Origin: an uncultured Solirubrobacterales bacterium
GTDB lineage: Bacteria; Actinomycetota; Thermoleophilia; Solirubrobacterales; Solirubrobacteraceae
Length of the DNA: 64,000 bases
Assembly: GCA_963714025.1 (NCBI GenBank)
Contig: OY970221.1
Coordinates: 1,519,901-1,583,900 of the forward strand
Direction: 5' to 3'
The position numbers were made by a program, and so were the translations under genes. The number at the start of each line of letters is the position of its first letter. The first letter of the stretch is position 1. Of the stretch, positions 30,909 to 41,394 are shown piece after piece. The notes under the pieces were generated by a model that did not search any database, was not told where the DNA came from, and worked only from the letters and a program-made list of their open reading frames with translations.

Positions 30909-31898
30909 TTAAGGACCGGCGTTACCCCGTGCGTTGTGTGATCCCCCGCCGGACTCGTTGTAGACGTCCACGGCGGTACCGATCTGCACCCACGAGTAGA
31001 TCGCGGGCGCGTCGGGGATGGGCACGCGCAGGCAGCCGTGGCTGGCGGCGTAGGTCGGGACTTCGGCGTATCCGTGGATGGCGTAGCCGCGGATGAAGTA
31101 GTTCGATTCGAACATGCCCTCGGAGTTGTAGCCGGGGGTCTTGGAGTACACCTGAAAATGTCCGATGACGGTCGGCGTGGAGGGCTTGCCGGAGCTCATT
31201 GTGTAGATCGTGCGCACGCGCCCGCCCGGTTCGATCTCGGCGAGCACCTGTTTGGTCAGGTCGCCCTCGACGTGGCGGCCGTCCTGGGGGTAGCGCACGT
31301 GAAAGACGCCGCCGCCGTGCTGCAGCCGTTCCCACACCTGCGCGCCCGCGTAGGGGACGCGCGCGAGACCCATGACCTTGCGCAGCGCGATCAGCGCGCG
31401 CCCGGTGCCTTCGTCGAAGACGCCACTCAACGGCACGGCGTAGTGCAGCACGTCGAGCTCCGACTGCAGCAGCCGCACGGACGGTCCGCTCCCGCCGGGG
31501 CCGATGTTCGGGGTCACGTACTGCACGCCCGGCGAGCGCCCGCTGAAGGCGCCCTGCTGAGGAGTGGCGTAGTGGGCGGCGCGCGCCTGCACCTGCCCTG
31601 CGAAGCCGCTCACGTAGTTGACGTGAAACTGGCCCGCGCCGTTGCCGATCGCCGTGATGCTGAGGTTCTTGACCTGCACCTTGCGCCCGTCGCGATAGAA
31701 GCTGACATTGACCGTCTGCCCGCCGACGTAGGGGGTGACGACACCGCGAACGACCACGCGCCGGCCGAGCAGCGCGAACAACGGATTGCCGCCGACGCGT
31801 TGAAGGGACAGCTTGATCTGACCCGCGACCGGTGCCGGAGCAGGCACCGGCGGCGCGGGAGCGGGAACCGGAGTGGGCGGAGGCGCCGGTGCGAGCAT
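30909..31898 (-). CDS. L,D-transpeptidase family protein with a peptidoglycan-binding domain
   Basis: YAIHG...ASHGCLRV YkuD motif; VRLLQSEL...GVFDEGT PG-binding-like segment. Confidence 0.85.
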   Translation of the reverse strand: MLAPAPPPTPVPAPAPPVPAPAPVAGQIKLSLQRVGGNPLFALLGRRVVVRGVVTPYVGGQTVNVSFYRDGRKVQVKNLSITAIGNGAGQFHVNYVSGFAGQVQARAAHYATPQQGAFSGRSPGVQYVTPNIGPGGSGPSVRLLQSELDVLHYAVPLSGVFDEGTGRALIALRKVMGLARVPYAGAQVWERLQHGGGVFHVRYPQDGRHVEGDLTKQVLAEIEPGGRVRTIYTMSSGKPSTPTVIGHFQVYSKTPGYNSEGMFESNYFIRGYAIHGYAEVPTYAASHGCLRVPIPDAPAIYSWVQIGTAVDVYNESGGGSHNARGNAGP

Positions 31899-31909
31899 CT
31901 GCGGAGATC

Positions 31910-32869
31910 CTATGCGCTGAGTCCGACAGCGCGCCCCTCGGGCGTTATCAGGCCGATCCGCTTGGCCACCGACACGAGCGCGGCGATCGTCGCGAGCGCG
32001 GCGATCATCAGCACGGGTGCCTGCCAGCCCCAGCCCTCCAGCGCGGCGAATGCGAGCGAATTGTTGAGCGAGTGCGCGGCGATGCACGGGTACAGCGAGC
32101 CGCTGTAGCGGTACAGCACGCACAGACCGAAGCCCAGACCCGCGAGCGGCACGAGGTCGAGCGGCGGCGCCGAGCCGGCGTGCACGGCGCCGAACACCAA
32201 GCCCGTGATCACGGCCGCCGGCCAGGTCCCGCGCCAGCTGCGCAGCGCGGTGAACACGTAACCGCGAAACAGGAACTCCTCGCAGATCGGCGCCACCACG
32301 CAGGTGAGCGCCGCGCTCAGCAACAGCAGCGAGGTGGCTTCGTTGGCGCCGAGCTGTTCGAGCAGCTTCTCTTTGCCGGGGTTGAACACCGCCGACCAGG
32401 CCACGCTGAGCACCAGGAAGCAGACCAGCAGGAACACGAGCATGCCGGTCGCCGAACGCCAGCCGACGCCGGGCCGGCGCAGGCCGAACTGCCACGCACG
32501 TACAACGCGTCCGCCGATCTGCGCGCAGTACACGGCCGCCAGCACGAACGCGAAGTCCTGCACGATCGTGTCGGCCAACTCGATGCCCGGTGGAGTGTGA
32601 CCTTTGGTGATGCTCACTCCGAACAGCAGCGTCGCCGGCAGGTCCACGATCAGGCCGAGCACGGCGGCCAGCACGAGCCCGCCGACGAGCGCCGCGGCCG
32701 CCGTCCACGGCGACCAGCCCATGTCGGGAGAGCGTCTGGGGTCGCCCGCCGCAGGTGGGGAGAGCACCGGCGATTCAGCATCCACGGGAGCGTCCGGCGA
32801 GGAAGCGGCCGACCGCTCGCCGAACGGGTCCTCCTGTCGTGGGCCGGGCGAGGCGGTCGTCTCGTCCAT
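31910..32869 (-). CDS. CPBP (CAAX/Abi) family intramembrane metalloprotease
   Basis: EEFLFRG, FGAVH and HSLNN motifs. Confidence 0.9.
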   Translation of the reverse strand: MDETTASPGPRQEDPFGERSAASSPDAPVDAESPVLSPPAAGDPRRSPDMGWSPWTAAAALVGGLVLAAVLGLIVDLPATLLFGVSITKGHTPPGIELADTIVQDFAFVLAAVYCAQIGGRVVRAWQFGLRRPGVGWRSATGMLVFLLVCFLVLSVAWSAVFNPGKEKLLEQLGANEATSLLLLSAALTCVVAPICEEFLFRGYVFTALRSWRGTWPAAVITGLVFGAVHAGSAPPLDLVPLAGLGFGLCVLYRYSGSLYPCIAAHSLNNSLAFAALEGWGWQAPVLMIAALATIAALVSVAKRIGLITPEGRAVGLSA

Positions 32870-32871
32870 CG

Positions 32872-34392
32872 TCAGGCCACCCAATGCCAGGTGGCGAACT
32901 GGGCGACGAAGAAGGCCATCAACAGCGCCGACGCGGCCAGCGCGGGGATGCGAGCGCGGGGATGCGCCGCGAGCCACACGGCGAGCGCCATGCCGAGCGG
33001 GAACAGGACGACCAGGAAGCGCGGCAGCGACATCAGGGGCTGTGCGGGCACCGGGTAGGAGAGCGGCAGCGCGAGCGCGGCGATCGCGTACAGGCCGTAG
33101 GCGAGCGGCAGCACGCGCAACGCCAGCACGAACAGCGGCAGCGCGAGGAGCAGGAACGCGAGCAGCATGAGGTTGTGTCCGGCGGCGACGAACGGGCTGC
33201 CGGTCGCGGCCGGATAGTACACGTGGGCGCGCTGTCCGGAGAGCAGCTGGCGGGCGCCCTCGAACGCGGCGCGCAGGCCATCCCACACGCCCCCGTACGG
33301 ACCCGCGAACTGCCGTCCCCAGATGCCCTGGGCGTGAAACGGCGCCAGCGTGTCGCCGCCCGAGAGACCCAGATAGCCCATGTACAGCCCGAGGCCCACG
33401 GGCAGCAGCGCGAGCCACAGGACGTTCGCGCGCAGCCGGTAGCGAGGCCGAGCCGCACGCAGCCGGCGCCGCAGGCGAGCACCGGCCCGGGCGGGCTCGC
33501 CCTCAGACGCTCCCCACGAGAGCGCACGATCGAAGTCGGGCGGCCGGTCGTCGCGGGGCCCGTACAGGTAGAGCATCAGCGCGGGCAGCACCAGCACGAG
33601 GCCGGTGCTGCGCGTGGCGACCGCGAGCATCCCGAGCACGCCCGCCCAGGCCCAGCACCCGCGGCGCGCGCACAGGAAGACCCCGATCGACAGCGCGAGG
33701 TAGAGCGACTCGGAGTAGACGGCCGAGAAGTAGAAGGCCATCGGCGCGAGCGCGGTCACGAGCACCGCCAGAGAGGCGATGTCGCGGCTGCCGGGACGTC
33801 CAGTGCAGGACAGCTCCAGTGTGGTCAGACGGTGCAGGCAGTACAGCGCTACGGCGAAGGCCGCCAACGAGAACAGCACGCCCGCGAGCACGGCCTGCAG
33901 GCCGAGGTCCGAAAGCGCGTGCAGCCCCAGCGGGTAGAGCGGAAAGAAGGCGTCGCGCGCGGAGGTGTAGGAGCCGAGGTCCGGTCGGTAGCCGTAGTGG
34001 GCGATCACCAGATACCAGGCCGAGTCCCAGCGCGCGGCCGGCGCCGCCAGCAGATCGCCCAGCCGGCCGAATCCGCGCGTGACCCCCGGCGGGTCGAAGG
34101 CGCCACGCGTGGGCCCGAACCCGAGCGTCGCGACGGTGCCCGCCCCGGCGACCCACACGATCAGGCGCGAGACCCACAGCGCCCGCCAGGTATCGCGCAG
34201 CGCGGCCATCCGCGCGGCGTCCGCGCGCAGCCGCATCGACCATGCCGGCGGGGCGAGAGAGCCCCCACCCAGGGCGCCGACTCGCTCCCGCACCGGCGGG
34301 GGGGAGGGGACCGGGGACGTAGGCGCGCCATACGGAGCCGCGCGTCCGGACGCGGCCTCTTCGAGCGCGAACTCGGCTGTGTCCGGACTCAT
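32872..34392 (-). CDS. GT-C mannosyltransferase-family membrane protein (PIG-V/Gpi18-like)
   Basis: RWDSAWYLVIA, AFFPLYP, YSESL, ATRSTG, SLPRF. Confidence 0.82.
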   Translation of the reverse strand: MSPDTAEFALEEAASGRAAPYGAPTSPVPSPPPVRERVGALGGGSLAPPAWSMRLRADAARMAALRDTWRALWVSRLIVWVAGAGTVATLGFGPTRGAFDPPGVTRGFGRLGDLLAAPAARWDSAWYLVIAHYGYRPDLGSYTSARDAFFPLYPLGLHALSDLGLQAVLAGVLFSLAAFAVALYCLHRLTTLELSCTGRPGSRDIASLAVLVTALAPMAFYFSAVYSESLYLALSIGVFLCARRGCWAWAGVLGMLAVATRSTGLVLVLPALMLYLYGPRDDRPPDFDRALSWGASEGEPARAGARLRRRLRAARPRYRLRANVLWLALLPVGLGLYMGYLGLSGGDTLAPFHAQGIWGRQFAGPYGGVWDGLRAAFEGARQLLSGQRAHVYYPAATGSPFVAAGHNLMLLAFLLLALPLFVLALRVLPLAYGLYAIAALALPLSYPVPAQPLMSLPRFLVVLFPLGMALAVWLAAHPRARIPALAASALLMAFFVAQFATWHWVA

Positions 34393-34495
34393 CACCCGGG
34401 AGCGTAGACGGAGACAGCGATGCGAGCGCCGCGAAGCGTGCCTTGCAGCGGCGTGCCGGGGCTGCGTCTCACGGTACCCTCGGCTGCAGCGAGGG

Positions 34496-36679
34496 ATGTC
34501 CAGACAAGCCAGACAACGCCGGCGCAGGCACAACCACGCCGGGCCAACGCGAATCCTGCTCGTCGGCGGCGGGGTGCTGGTGGCCGTGCTCGTGCTCGGG
34601 ACGATCGCGGCCGTCGGCTACGTCCTGCACGTGGCCGGAACCGCGCCGGCGCTGGACACGCTGCACCCGCTCATCAGCGACGGCTCCTCGCAGGTGTTCG
34701 CCGCCGACGGAGAACGACTCGGGTTCATCCAGTCGGACAACCTGCGCAGCCCGGTCGGCTGGAACGAAATCCCCCAAGACCTGAAGAACGCGACGGTCGC
34801 GATCGAGGACCAGCGGTTCTACAAGAACGACGGCGTGGACCTGACTGGAATCTTCCGCTCGGCGGTGAAGGACGTGACGGAGGGCGCGGCGCTGCAGGGC
34901 GGTTCGACGATCACGATGCAGTTGGTGCGCAACCTGTACCTGGGCGGCGATCAGCACACGCTCAAACAGAAGATCATCGAGGCGAAGCTCGCGATCGACT
35001 ACAACGAACACCACTCCAAGCGCTCGATCCTCACGAGCTACCTCAACAGCGTCCCCTACGGGACCGTCGGCGGCCAGACCGCGCTCGGGGTGCAGGCCGC
35101 GGCGCGCATCTTCTTCGACCGGCCCGCCTCGCAACTGGACCTCGCGCAGTCCGCGCTGCTCGCGGGCCTGCCGCAGGCGCCCTCGCAGTACAACCCCTTC
35201 CGCGATGCCGGCGTGGCTCGGCAGCGGCGCAACGAGGTGCTGGCGAAGATGGCCGATCTGCACTACATCACCTCCGCTCAGGCATCCGCGGCCGAGCATG
35301 CGCCGCTGGAGGTGCACCTCGGCACGTTCTACCGCCAGCGCCGAGAGGACTTCTTCTTCGAATACGTGCACGAGCTGCTGGTGCACCGCTACGGGCGCAA
35401 GACCGTCGAACAGGGCGGGCTGAAGGTCTATACGACGATCGACCTGAACATGCAGCGGCTCGCGCGCAAGGCGATCGCGGAAGTACTGAACGAGCCGGAA
35501 GATCCCGCCTCGGCGATCGTCACGATCGACCCGCACAACGGCTACATCGAGGCGATGGCCGAGTCCGAGAGCTACGAGAAGTCCCAGTACAACCTCGCCG
35601 CCGACGGGCACCGTCAGCCGGGCTCGACGTTCAAGGCGATCGACCTCGCCGACGCGCTCTCACGGGGGATCGACCCGAACAGCACCTACTACAACTCACA
35701 CACGCTCGCGCCGGGCTGGCTGGCCGGTTATCCCACCTATGAAGTGAAGACCTTCGAGGGGACCTCGCTGAACAAGTCGATCAACCTGGTCAACGCGACG
35801 CTCACCTCCGACAACACCGTCTACGCCCAGCTCGCGGCGGACCTGGGCGAGGAAACGATCACCCAGATGGCCTACAAGATGGGTGTAAAAACACACCTGT
35901 CCAGCTATCCGGCCGAGGCGCTCGGCGGCCTCACGCTCGGCGTGACGCCGCTGGAAATGTCCGACGTCTACGCGACCCTCGCCGACGGCGGCTGGCGTAA
36001 CAGTCCGATCGCGATCACCAAGGTGGTGTTCCCCGACGGTCACGTCGATCGCAGCTGGGGCACGCCGCACCGCACAAAGGTGCTGAGCGAAGGGGTGACG
36101 GCGGAGGAGACGAACATCCTGCACCAGAACGTGCTCGGGGGCACGGCCACGCGCTCGGCGATCGACTGCCCGACGGCCGCCAAGACGGGCACGACCAGCG
36201 AACTCGTGGACGCGTGGCTGGACGGGTACACGCCGAACTACTCGACGGTCGTGTGGATGGGCTACCCGACCAAGCGCGTGTCGATGACCGACGTCCACGG
36301 CGAGCCCCAGCAGGGCGGTTATCTGCCGGCGGAAATCTGGCACGCGTACATGTCGGCCGTGACCGAAGGCAAGCCGTGCACCGAATTCCCGCAGCCCAAA
36401 GAAGCCATCTCCTACCAGCCGTTCTTCGGGCGCTTTGCGAGCACCGGACGCTCGAGCGAAAGCGAATCCTCGAACAGCGAACCGTTTGAAAAGGGCCCGA
36501 GCAAAAAGCCCAAGGAACACGGGCCAGGTCACACCGGTGCCAACGAAACTCCCGAAGCAACCATCCCGCGCGCCCGCGAACCTCACGAACCCGCAGCTCA
36601 CGAACCCGCGGCCGCCCCGCCTGTTGAAAAACACGCGCCCGAACCGGCGCCCACCGGCGGGGCCGAACCGCATCCGTAA
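34496..36679 (+). CDS. Class A penicillin-binding protein (transglycosylase/transpeptidase)
   Basis: EDQRFY, GGSTITMQL, GSTFK (SxxK), SDN, KTGT. Confidence 0.93.
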   Translation: MSRQARQRRRRHNHAGPTRILLVGGGVLVAVLVLGTIAAVGYVLHVAGTAPALDTLHPLISDGSSQVFAADGERLGFIQSDNLRSPVGWNEIPQDLKNATVAIEDQRFYKNDGVDLTGIFRSAVKDVTEGAALQGGSTITMQLVRNLYLGGDQHTLKQKIIEAKLAIDYNEHHSKRSILTSYLNSVPYGTVGGQTALGVQAAARIFFDRPASQLDLAQSALLAGLPQAPSQYNPFRDAGVARQRRNEVLAKMADLHYITSAQASAAEHAPLEVHLGTFYRQRREDFFFEYVHELLVHRYGRKTVEQGGLKVYTTIDLNMQRLARKAIAEVLNEPEDPASAIVTIDPHNGYIEAMAESESYEKSQYNLAADGHRQPGSTFKAIDLADALSRGIDPNSTYYNSHTLAPGWLAGYPTYEVKTFEGTSLNKSINLVNATLTSDNTVYAQLAADLGEETITQMAYKMGVKTHLSSYPAEALGGLTLGVTPLEMSDVYATLADGGWRNSPIAITKVVFPDGHVDRSWGTPHRTKVLSEGVTAEETNILHQNVLGGTATRSAIDCPTAAKTGTTSELVDAWLDGYTPNYSTVVWMGYPTKRVSMTDVHGEPQQGGYLPAEIWHAYMSAVTEGKPCTEFPQPKEAISYQPFFGRFASTGRSSESESSNSEPFEKGPSKKPKEHGPGHTGANETPEATIPRAREPHEPAAHEPAAAPPVEKHAPEPAPTGGAEPHP

Positions 36680-36800
36680 CCCGGCACGATCCTCCCACCG
36701 GCGCCCGGAAGCCGCGTCGCGCTGGTAGGTTGGGGATCGCGAACACAACCACGGGGCCGCGACCACCAAGGTGCAGCGCGGCCGGATCGGATGCAGATAA

Positions 36801-37019
36801 GTGGCAAAGGAAGACAAGGTCGAATTCGAGGGCGAGGTCATCGAGGCGCTCCCGAATGCGATGTTCAGGGTGAAGCTCGACAACGATCACGTCGTGCTCG
36901 GGCATGTCGCCGGCAAGATGCGCCGCTTCCGGATCAGGATCCTCCCGGGAGACCGCGTCCGCTGCGAGCTCTCGCCATACGATCTGGACCGCGCCCGCAT
37001 CGTCTACCGGCACCGCTGA
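36801..37019 (+). CDS. infA: Translation initiation factor IF-1
   Basis: [24 protein letters not shown]...IRILPGDRV...[13 protein letters not shown]. Confidence 0.97.
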   Translation: MAKEDKVEFEGEVIEALPNAMFRVKLDNDHVVLGHVAGKMRRFRIRILPGDRVRCELSPYDLDRARIVYRHR

Positions 37020-37170
37020 GAGGCAGCCGTTTCGCGGCGATCTCCGCCACCCGCGATGCTCGACGTGCCGCCGGCACGCCTCCGCTCGCGTGCTGGCCGA
37101 TTGGAGATCTCGTCGATCTTCGATCGGTATCTCATCCACGGCCCGGCTGCCTCGAACCCATAGTCGAAAC

Positions 37171-38082
37171 GTGGAGCGCTCACTGATCGAAGCGATCGCG
37201 ACCGAGCTGGAGCTGGCGGGCCCCGCGCAGCGGCTCGTGCGCGGAGTCGGCGACGACGCCGCCGTGGTGCGCTCGGGTGGGGCGCTGTGCGTGACCTCGG
37301 TGGACGCGATGGTGGAGGGCGTGCACTTTCGCCTGGACGACGATCGCGAGCGCCCGGTGGACGTCGGCTGGCGTGCGCTGGCCGGGGCGCTTTCCGATCT
37401 CGCCGCGATGGGTGCACGGGCAGGCGAGGCATACGTCGCGTTGGGCGTCTCGCCGCAGACCGGCGAGAGGGGGGCGCTGGAGCTGATGCGCGGCGCGCTG
37501 GAGCTGGCCGCGCAAGCCGATACGACGATCGCCGGCGGCGACGTGGTGGCGGCGCCGGTGCTGAGCGCGTGCGTGACGGTCGTCGGCTGGGCCGATGACA
37601 CCCACGAGCTCGTCGGGCGCGACGGGGCGCAGGTAGGCGATCTCGTCGGCGTGACCGGCGCTCTCGGCGGCAGACCGAGCCGTCCGCTGCCGCGCCTGCG
37701 CGAGGGGCGGGCGCTGGCACGAGCGGGAGCGAGCGCGATGATCGACATCTCCGACGGGCTCGCCGGCGACGCGCACCAACTCGGCCAGAGCAGCGGCGTG
37801 TGCCTGCAGGTGGAGCTCGAACGGCTGCCGCTCGCCGACGGTGTGAACGAATGGGAGCAAGGTGCGACCGCCGGTGAAGACTACGAGTTGTGCTTCACCG
37901 TGCCGCTCGGCGCTCGTGAGGACGTGGAGCGCCTGCTGCGCGAGGCCGGCGGCGCCCAGGTCACGTGGATCGGCGCGGTCACACCCGCCGGGCCGCCGGG
38001 CGGTCCCGGTGCCAAGGGCGTGTCGCTGCGTGACCGCCAGGGCGTAGAGGTCCCGCTGCGGGGTTTCGAGCACCGCTGGTAG
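37171..38082 (+). CDS. thiL: Thiamine-monophosphate kinase
   Basis: [40 protein letters not shown]. Confidence 0.92.
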   Translation: MERSLIEAIATELELAGPAQRLVRGVGDDAAVVRSGGALCVTSVDAMVEGVHFRLDDDRERPVDVGWRALAGALSDLAAMGARAGEAYVALGVSPQTGERGALELMRGALELAAQADTTIAGGDVVAAPVLSACVTVVGWADDTHELVGRDGAQVGDLVGVTGALGGRPSRPLPRLREGRALARAGASAMIDISDGLAGDAHQLGQSSGVCLQVELERLPLADGVNEWEQGATAGEDYELCFTVPLGAREDVERLLREAGGAQVTWIGAVTPAGPPGGPGAKGVSLRDRQGVEVPLRGFEHRW

Positions 38083-38173
38083 CCCTCAGACCGTGCGGAC
38101 GGACGCGGGCGGGGCGCCGCGCGGCCCAAGGCGAGCGACGCGCGCCCTTCGGCTGACGAGCGGGGGACGGGAC

Positions 38174-39985
38174 TCAGCGGCGCAGCGCCGACTCGGTACC
38201 GCCGAGCGAGCCTGGGCCGGCGTATGAGAGCGGGCCGCGGATCGTCACCTCCGGGTGCTCTGGCCCACCGAGCCCGATCGGATCCGCAGGCGGTGTGAAC
38301 GCGACGAGGGAGATGGCGACCGCGCAGCCGAAGGCGCAGCTCCACACGACCGCGGCGAGCACCCCGAGATGGCCGCCGGCGAGCAGCAGCGTCGCGCTCC
38401 ACAGCAGGGCGCCGGGACCGTAGCCGAGCTCGTGGGCGTAGAAGGCGACGAGCAGGACGAGCGGCGCGAGCGAGACCGCGAGCAGTGCCAGGCCGGCGAT
38501 CGGGCGCGGACGGCGCTCGGGCGCGGCGACCGGCAGCAGCAGGTGCAGGCCGGGCACGATCAGCAGCGCCGCGTAGGGGTCGAACAGCCACACGACGCAC
38601 GCGAGGATCAGCAGCACCGACAGCGTGGCGATCCCGGCGGCATCGACCCCGGGGGTCTCGGGCGTGGGGCGCACGGCCAGATTCAGGCGCCGCACGAGCG
38701 TCGGCCACACGAGCCATGCGAGTCCGAAGACGGCCGCGCACGAGAGCACGGCTGTGACCGCGGCGCCGTCGAAGGACATCGCGCCGGCGGCCGGCGGAAT
38801 CGCCGGCGCGGCGGGGACGCCTCCGAGCGCGCCCAGCAGAATCGCGAACAGAGCGCACGCCAAGAACGGCAGCGAGCAGGCGAGCGTCCACGCGCCCCAG
38901 CGCGCGAACGGCTGCCGGCGACGACGGGCGCGGGCGAGACCGTCGAGCAGGACCGCCGCGACGGGGATCAGCAGCGTGGCGATCAGCAGGCGCAGCGCCC
39001 ATTCGGGGACGATCTGATGGGTCAGCACGAGGCCCGTCTCGGGCGTGGAGCCGATGTCGGGCGCCACGTCGAGCGCGTCGATCGCACTCAGGACTCCCCG
39101 GCCGAGACCTTCCATCCGTTCGGCGCTCACGATCCCTCCGGCGCCGGGGGGGCGTTCGCCTGAACTCTGCACGAGCACCGCCGGCAGCCCGGCGGCGGCG
39201 AGCGCTCCCTGTTCCCCCGGCGCCAACTCGAACGCGAGATGGGCGAGCTGACCGATCGCGCTGGGCGCACCCGGTTGGACACCGGCTTCGTGGGAGATCG
39301 CGTCGGTGAGTGTGCGCTGCAGCTCGTCGGGCGCGCTGCCGAAGCCGTCGGAGTAGGGCACCACGAGCGGCGTGCGGATATGCGTGGAGGCGAGATCGCC
39401 AAGCACGATCCCCGCGTCGGCTGCGCCGGACAGCGTGTGTGCCACGAAGTCCGCCGCGCCCGCGTCGCCGCCTGAGCCGCCACTCGAGGAGACGAGCACG
39501 ATCGTGCGCTGGGTCTCACGTGCGGCGAACACGCGCGCGAGCTCGATCAGCGCGGCGGTCCCCGAAAGCTGCCCCGCCGAGGAGGTCGCGGCGGCGTCGC
39601 GATGGGCCAGGATCACGATCGGACTCTCGCCGGTCGCGCCGGGGCGCTGAGCGATCACCGTCTGCAGCGTCTGCTCGCCGTCGATCGTCTGCGCGCGGAT
39701 CTGCCTCGTGCGCACTGAGAACCCGCCCCCTGCCGTTCCGCCCAATTCCTCGATCGTGTGCGCAACGCGCTGGGCCAACCGTTCGTCGCTCGCGCCGCCC
39801 GGGCGTAGATTTGGGTATTCGTGGGCAAGTCGCTGCGCTTCGCTCAACGCGCGCCGGCCGTCGAAGGCGTCGGGGGCGAGCGTCGAGTGCAGCGGCGCCG
39901 GGCGCGCGCTCAGCGAGAAGGCGGCGATCGCCAGGGCGATTGCGAAGGGGGCGAACGCCGCGCGGTATATGCGTCCGTTGAGCAT
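38174..39985 (-). CDS. Membrane protein with an M28-peptidase-like domain and C-terminal TM helices
   Basis: FDGRRA...RPGG, IVILAHRD, SGTAALIELARVF followed by multiple hydrophobic segments. Confidence 0.7.
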   Translation of the reverse strand: MLNGRIYRAAFAPFAIALAIAAFSLSARPAPLHSTLAPDAFDGRRALSEAQRLAHEYPNLRPGGASDERLAQRVAHTIEELGGTAGGGFSVRTRQIRAQTIDGEQTLQTVIAQRPGATGESPIVILAHRDAAATSSAGQLSGTAALIELARVFAARETQRTIVLVSSSGGSGGDAGAADFVAHTLSGAADAGIVLGDLASTHIRTPLVVPYSDGFGSAPDELQRTLTDAISHEAGVQPGAPSAIGQLAHLAFELAPGEQGALAAAGLPAVLVQSSGERPPGAGGIVSAERMEGLGRGVLSAIDALDVAPDIGSTPETGLVLTHQIVPEWALRLLIATLLIPVAAVLLDGLARARRRRQPFARWGAWTLACSLPFLACALFAILLGALGGVPAAPAIPPAAGAMSFDGAAVTAVLSCAAVFGLAWLVWPTLVRRLNLAVRPTPETPGVDAAGIATLSVLLILACVVWLFDPYAALLIVPGLHLLLPVAAPERRPRPIAGLALLAVSLAPLVLLVAFYAHELGYGPGALLWSATLLLAGGHLGVLAAVVWSCAFGCAVAISLVAFTPPADPIGLGGPEHPEVTIRGPLSYAGPGSLGGTESALRR

Positions 39986-40158
39986 GGTTGCGCACAGACA
40001 GTAAGGCTTCGCGCGGGCGGGCCTGCCGGTCGAACGCGGGAGTCGTGCCGCTCGTGCCGTTCCAGATATTGCCGCGACCGCTCGGCGTGGGCGTGGGCGC
40101 TCTGGGCCCGGCTCGTTCGGGGCGCGGCACAGGCCCCACCGTCAGGTATCGTCCGCGC

Positions 40159-41394
40159 GTGCTTCAGCCCGTGGCCGTGGGACATAAGACGCTCGCCGAC
40201 TACACGCACATCTGCGGGCGCGAGCTGATCGAGGAGATCCGCGAGCTGGCCGAGCCGCTGAAGGGCCAGCGCGTGGTGCACATCTCCGCGACCGCCTTCG
40301 GTGGGGGCGTCTCGGAGATCCTCTACACGCTCGTGCCGCTGATGCGCGACGTGGGCCTGGAGTGCGAGTGGCACGTGATCTACGGCCGCGAGGAGTTCTT
40401 CAACGCGACCAAGCTGATGCACAACGCGCTGCAGGGAGCCCCCCAGGATCTCGACGCCGAGCAGTGGGACACGTGGCGGCGCTACAACGAGATGAACGCG
40501 CGCGAGCTCTCCAGCGGCTGGGACGTGTGCCTCGTGCACGACCCGCAGCCCGCGGCGCTCCACAGCCTCGTCCCGGAGAAGGCCGCCGGCTGGGTGTGGC
40601 GCTGTCACATCGACCTCTCCACGCCCAACCCGCAGACGATCGCACAGCTGCTGCCCTACATCTCGACCTATCCCGAGACGCTCTTTCACATGCGCGAGTA
40701 CGTGCCCGAGGGGATGGGCGGGAAGGTCAACGTGGTGCCCCCCGCGATCGACCCATTGACGCCCAAGAACATGGCGCTCTCGCCCGAGGACGCCTCGTTC
40801 GTGTGCGGGCAGTTCGGGATCGACGTCGACCGGCCGCTGATCTGCCAGGTCTCGCGCTTCGATCCCTGGAAGGACCCGCTCGGCGTGATCGACGCCTACC
40901 GCGAGGTCAAGCAGACGCTTCCAGAGGTGCAACTGGCGCTGGTCGGTTCGATGGCCTCCGACGACCCCGAGGGGTGGGACTTCTTCAACGCGACCATCGC
41001 GCACGCCGACGGGGACCCGGACATTCACATCCTGAACAACTTCAACAACGTCGGGGCGATCGAGGTGAACGCGTTCCAGTCGCACGCGGATGTGGTCGTG
41101 CAGAAGTCCACCCGCGAGGGCTTCGGGCTGACGGTCTCCGAGGCGATCTGGAAGGCCAAGCCGTTCATCGGCGGCGACGTCGGCGGGATTCCGCTGCAGG
41201 TCGAGGACGGTGTCACCGGCTTTCTGGTCTCGAGCGCCGAGCAGTGCGCGGTACGCGCGCAGGAGATCCTCTGCGATCCCGAACTCGGCAAGGCGCTCGG
41301 ACGGCGCGGCAAGGAGCACGTACGCGCGCACTTCCTCACCCCGCGCTATCTGCGCGATTATCTGAAGATCTTCACCGAGCTGGCACAGTCATGA
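40159..41394 (+). CDS. GT4 glycosyltransferase, TreT-like trehalose synthase
   Basis: ATAFGGGVSEIL, HDPQP, WRCHID, VSRFDPWKDPLG, STREGFGLTVSEA. Confidence 0.88.
   Translation: MLQPVAVGHKTLADYTHICGRELIEEIRELAEPLKGQRVVHISATAFGGGVSEILYTLVPLMRDVGLECEWHVIYGREEFFNATKLMHNALQGAPQDLDAEQWDTWRRYNEMNARELSSGWDVCLVHDPQPAALHSLVPEKAAGWVWRCHIDLSTPNPQTIAQLLPYISTYPETLFHMREYVPEGMGGKVNVVPPAIDPLTPKNMALSPEDASFVCGQFGIDVDRPLICQVSRFDPWKDPLGVIDAYREVKQTLPEVQLALVGSMASDDPEGWDFFNATIAHADGDPDIHILNNFNNVGAIEVNAFQSHADVVVQKSTREGFGLTVSEAIWKAKPFIGGDVGGIPLQVEDGVTGFLVSSAEQCAVRAQEILCDPELGKALGRRGKEHVRAHFLTPRYLRDYLKIFTELAQS

Noticed and set aside
37015-37170. TPP riboswitch upstream of thiL
   Set aside because: GCTGAGA overlaps the infA stop codon, and the downstream ACCTGAT / TAATGCC...GGGA elements are absent.
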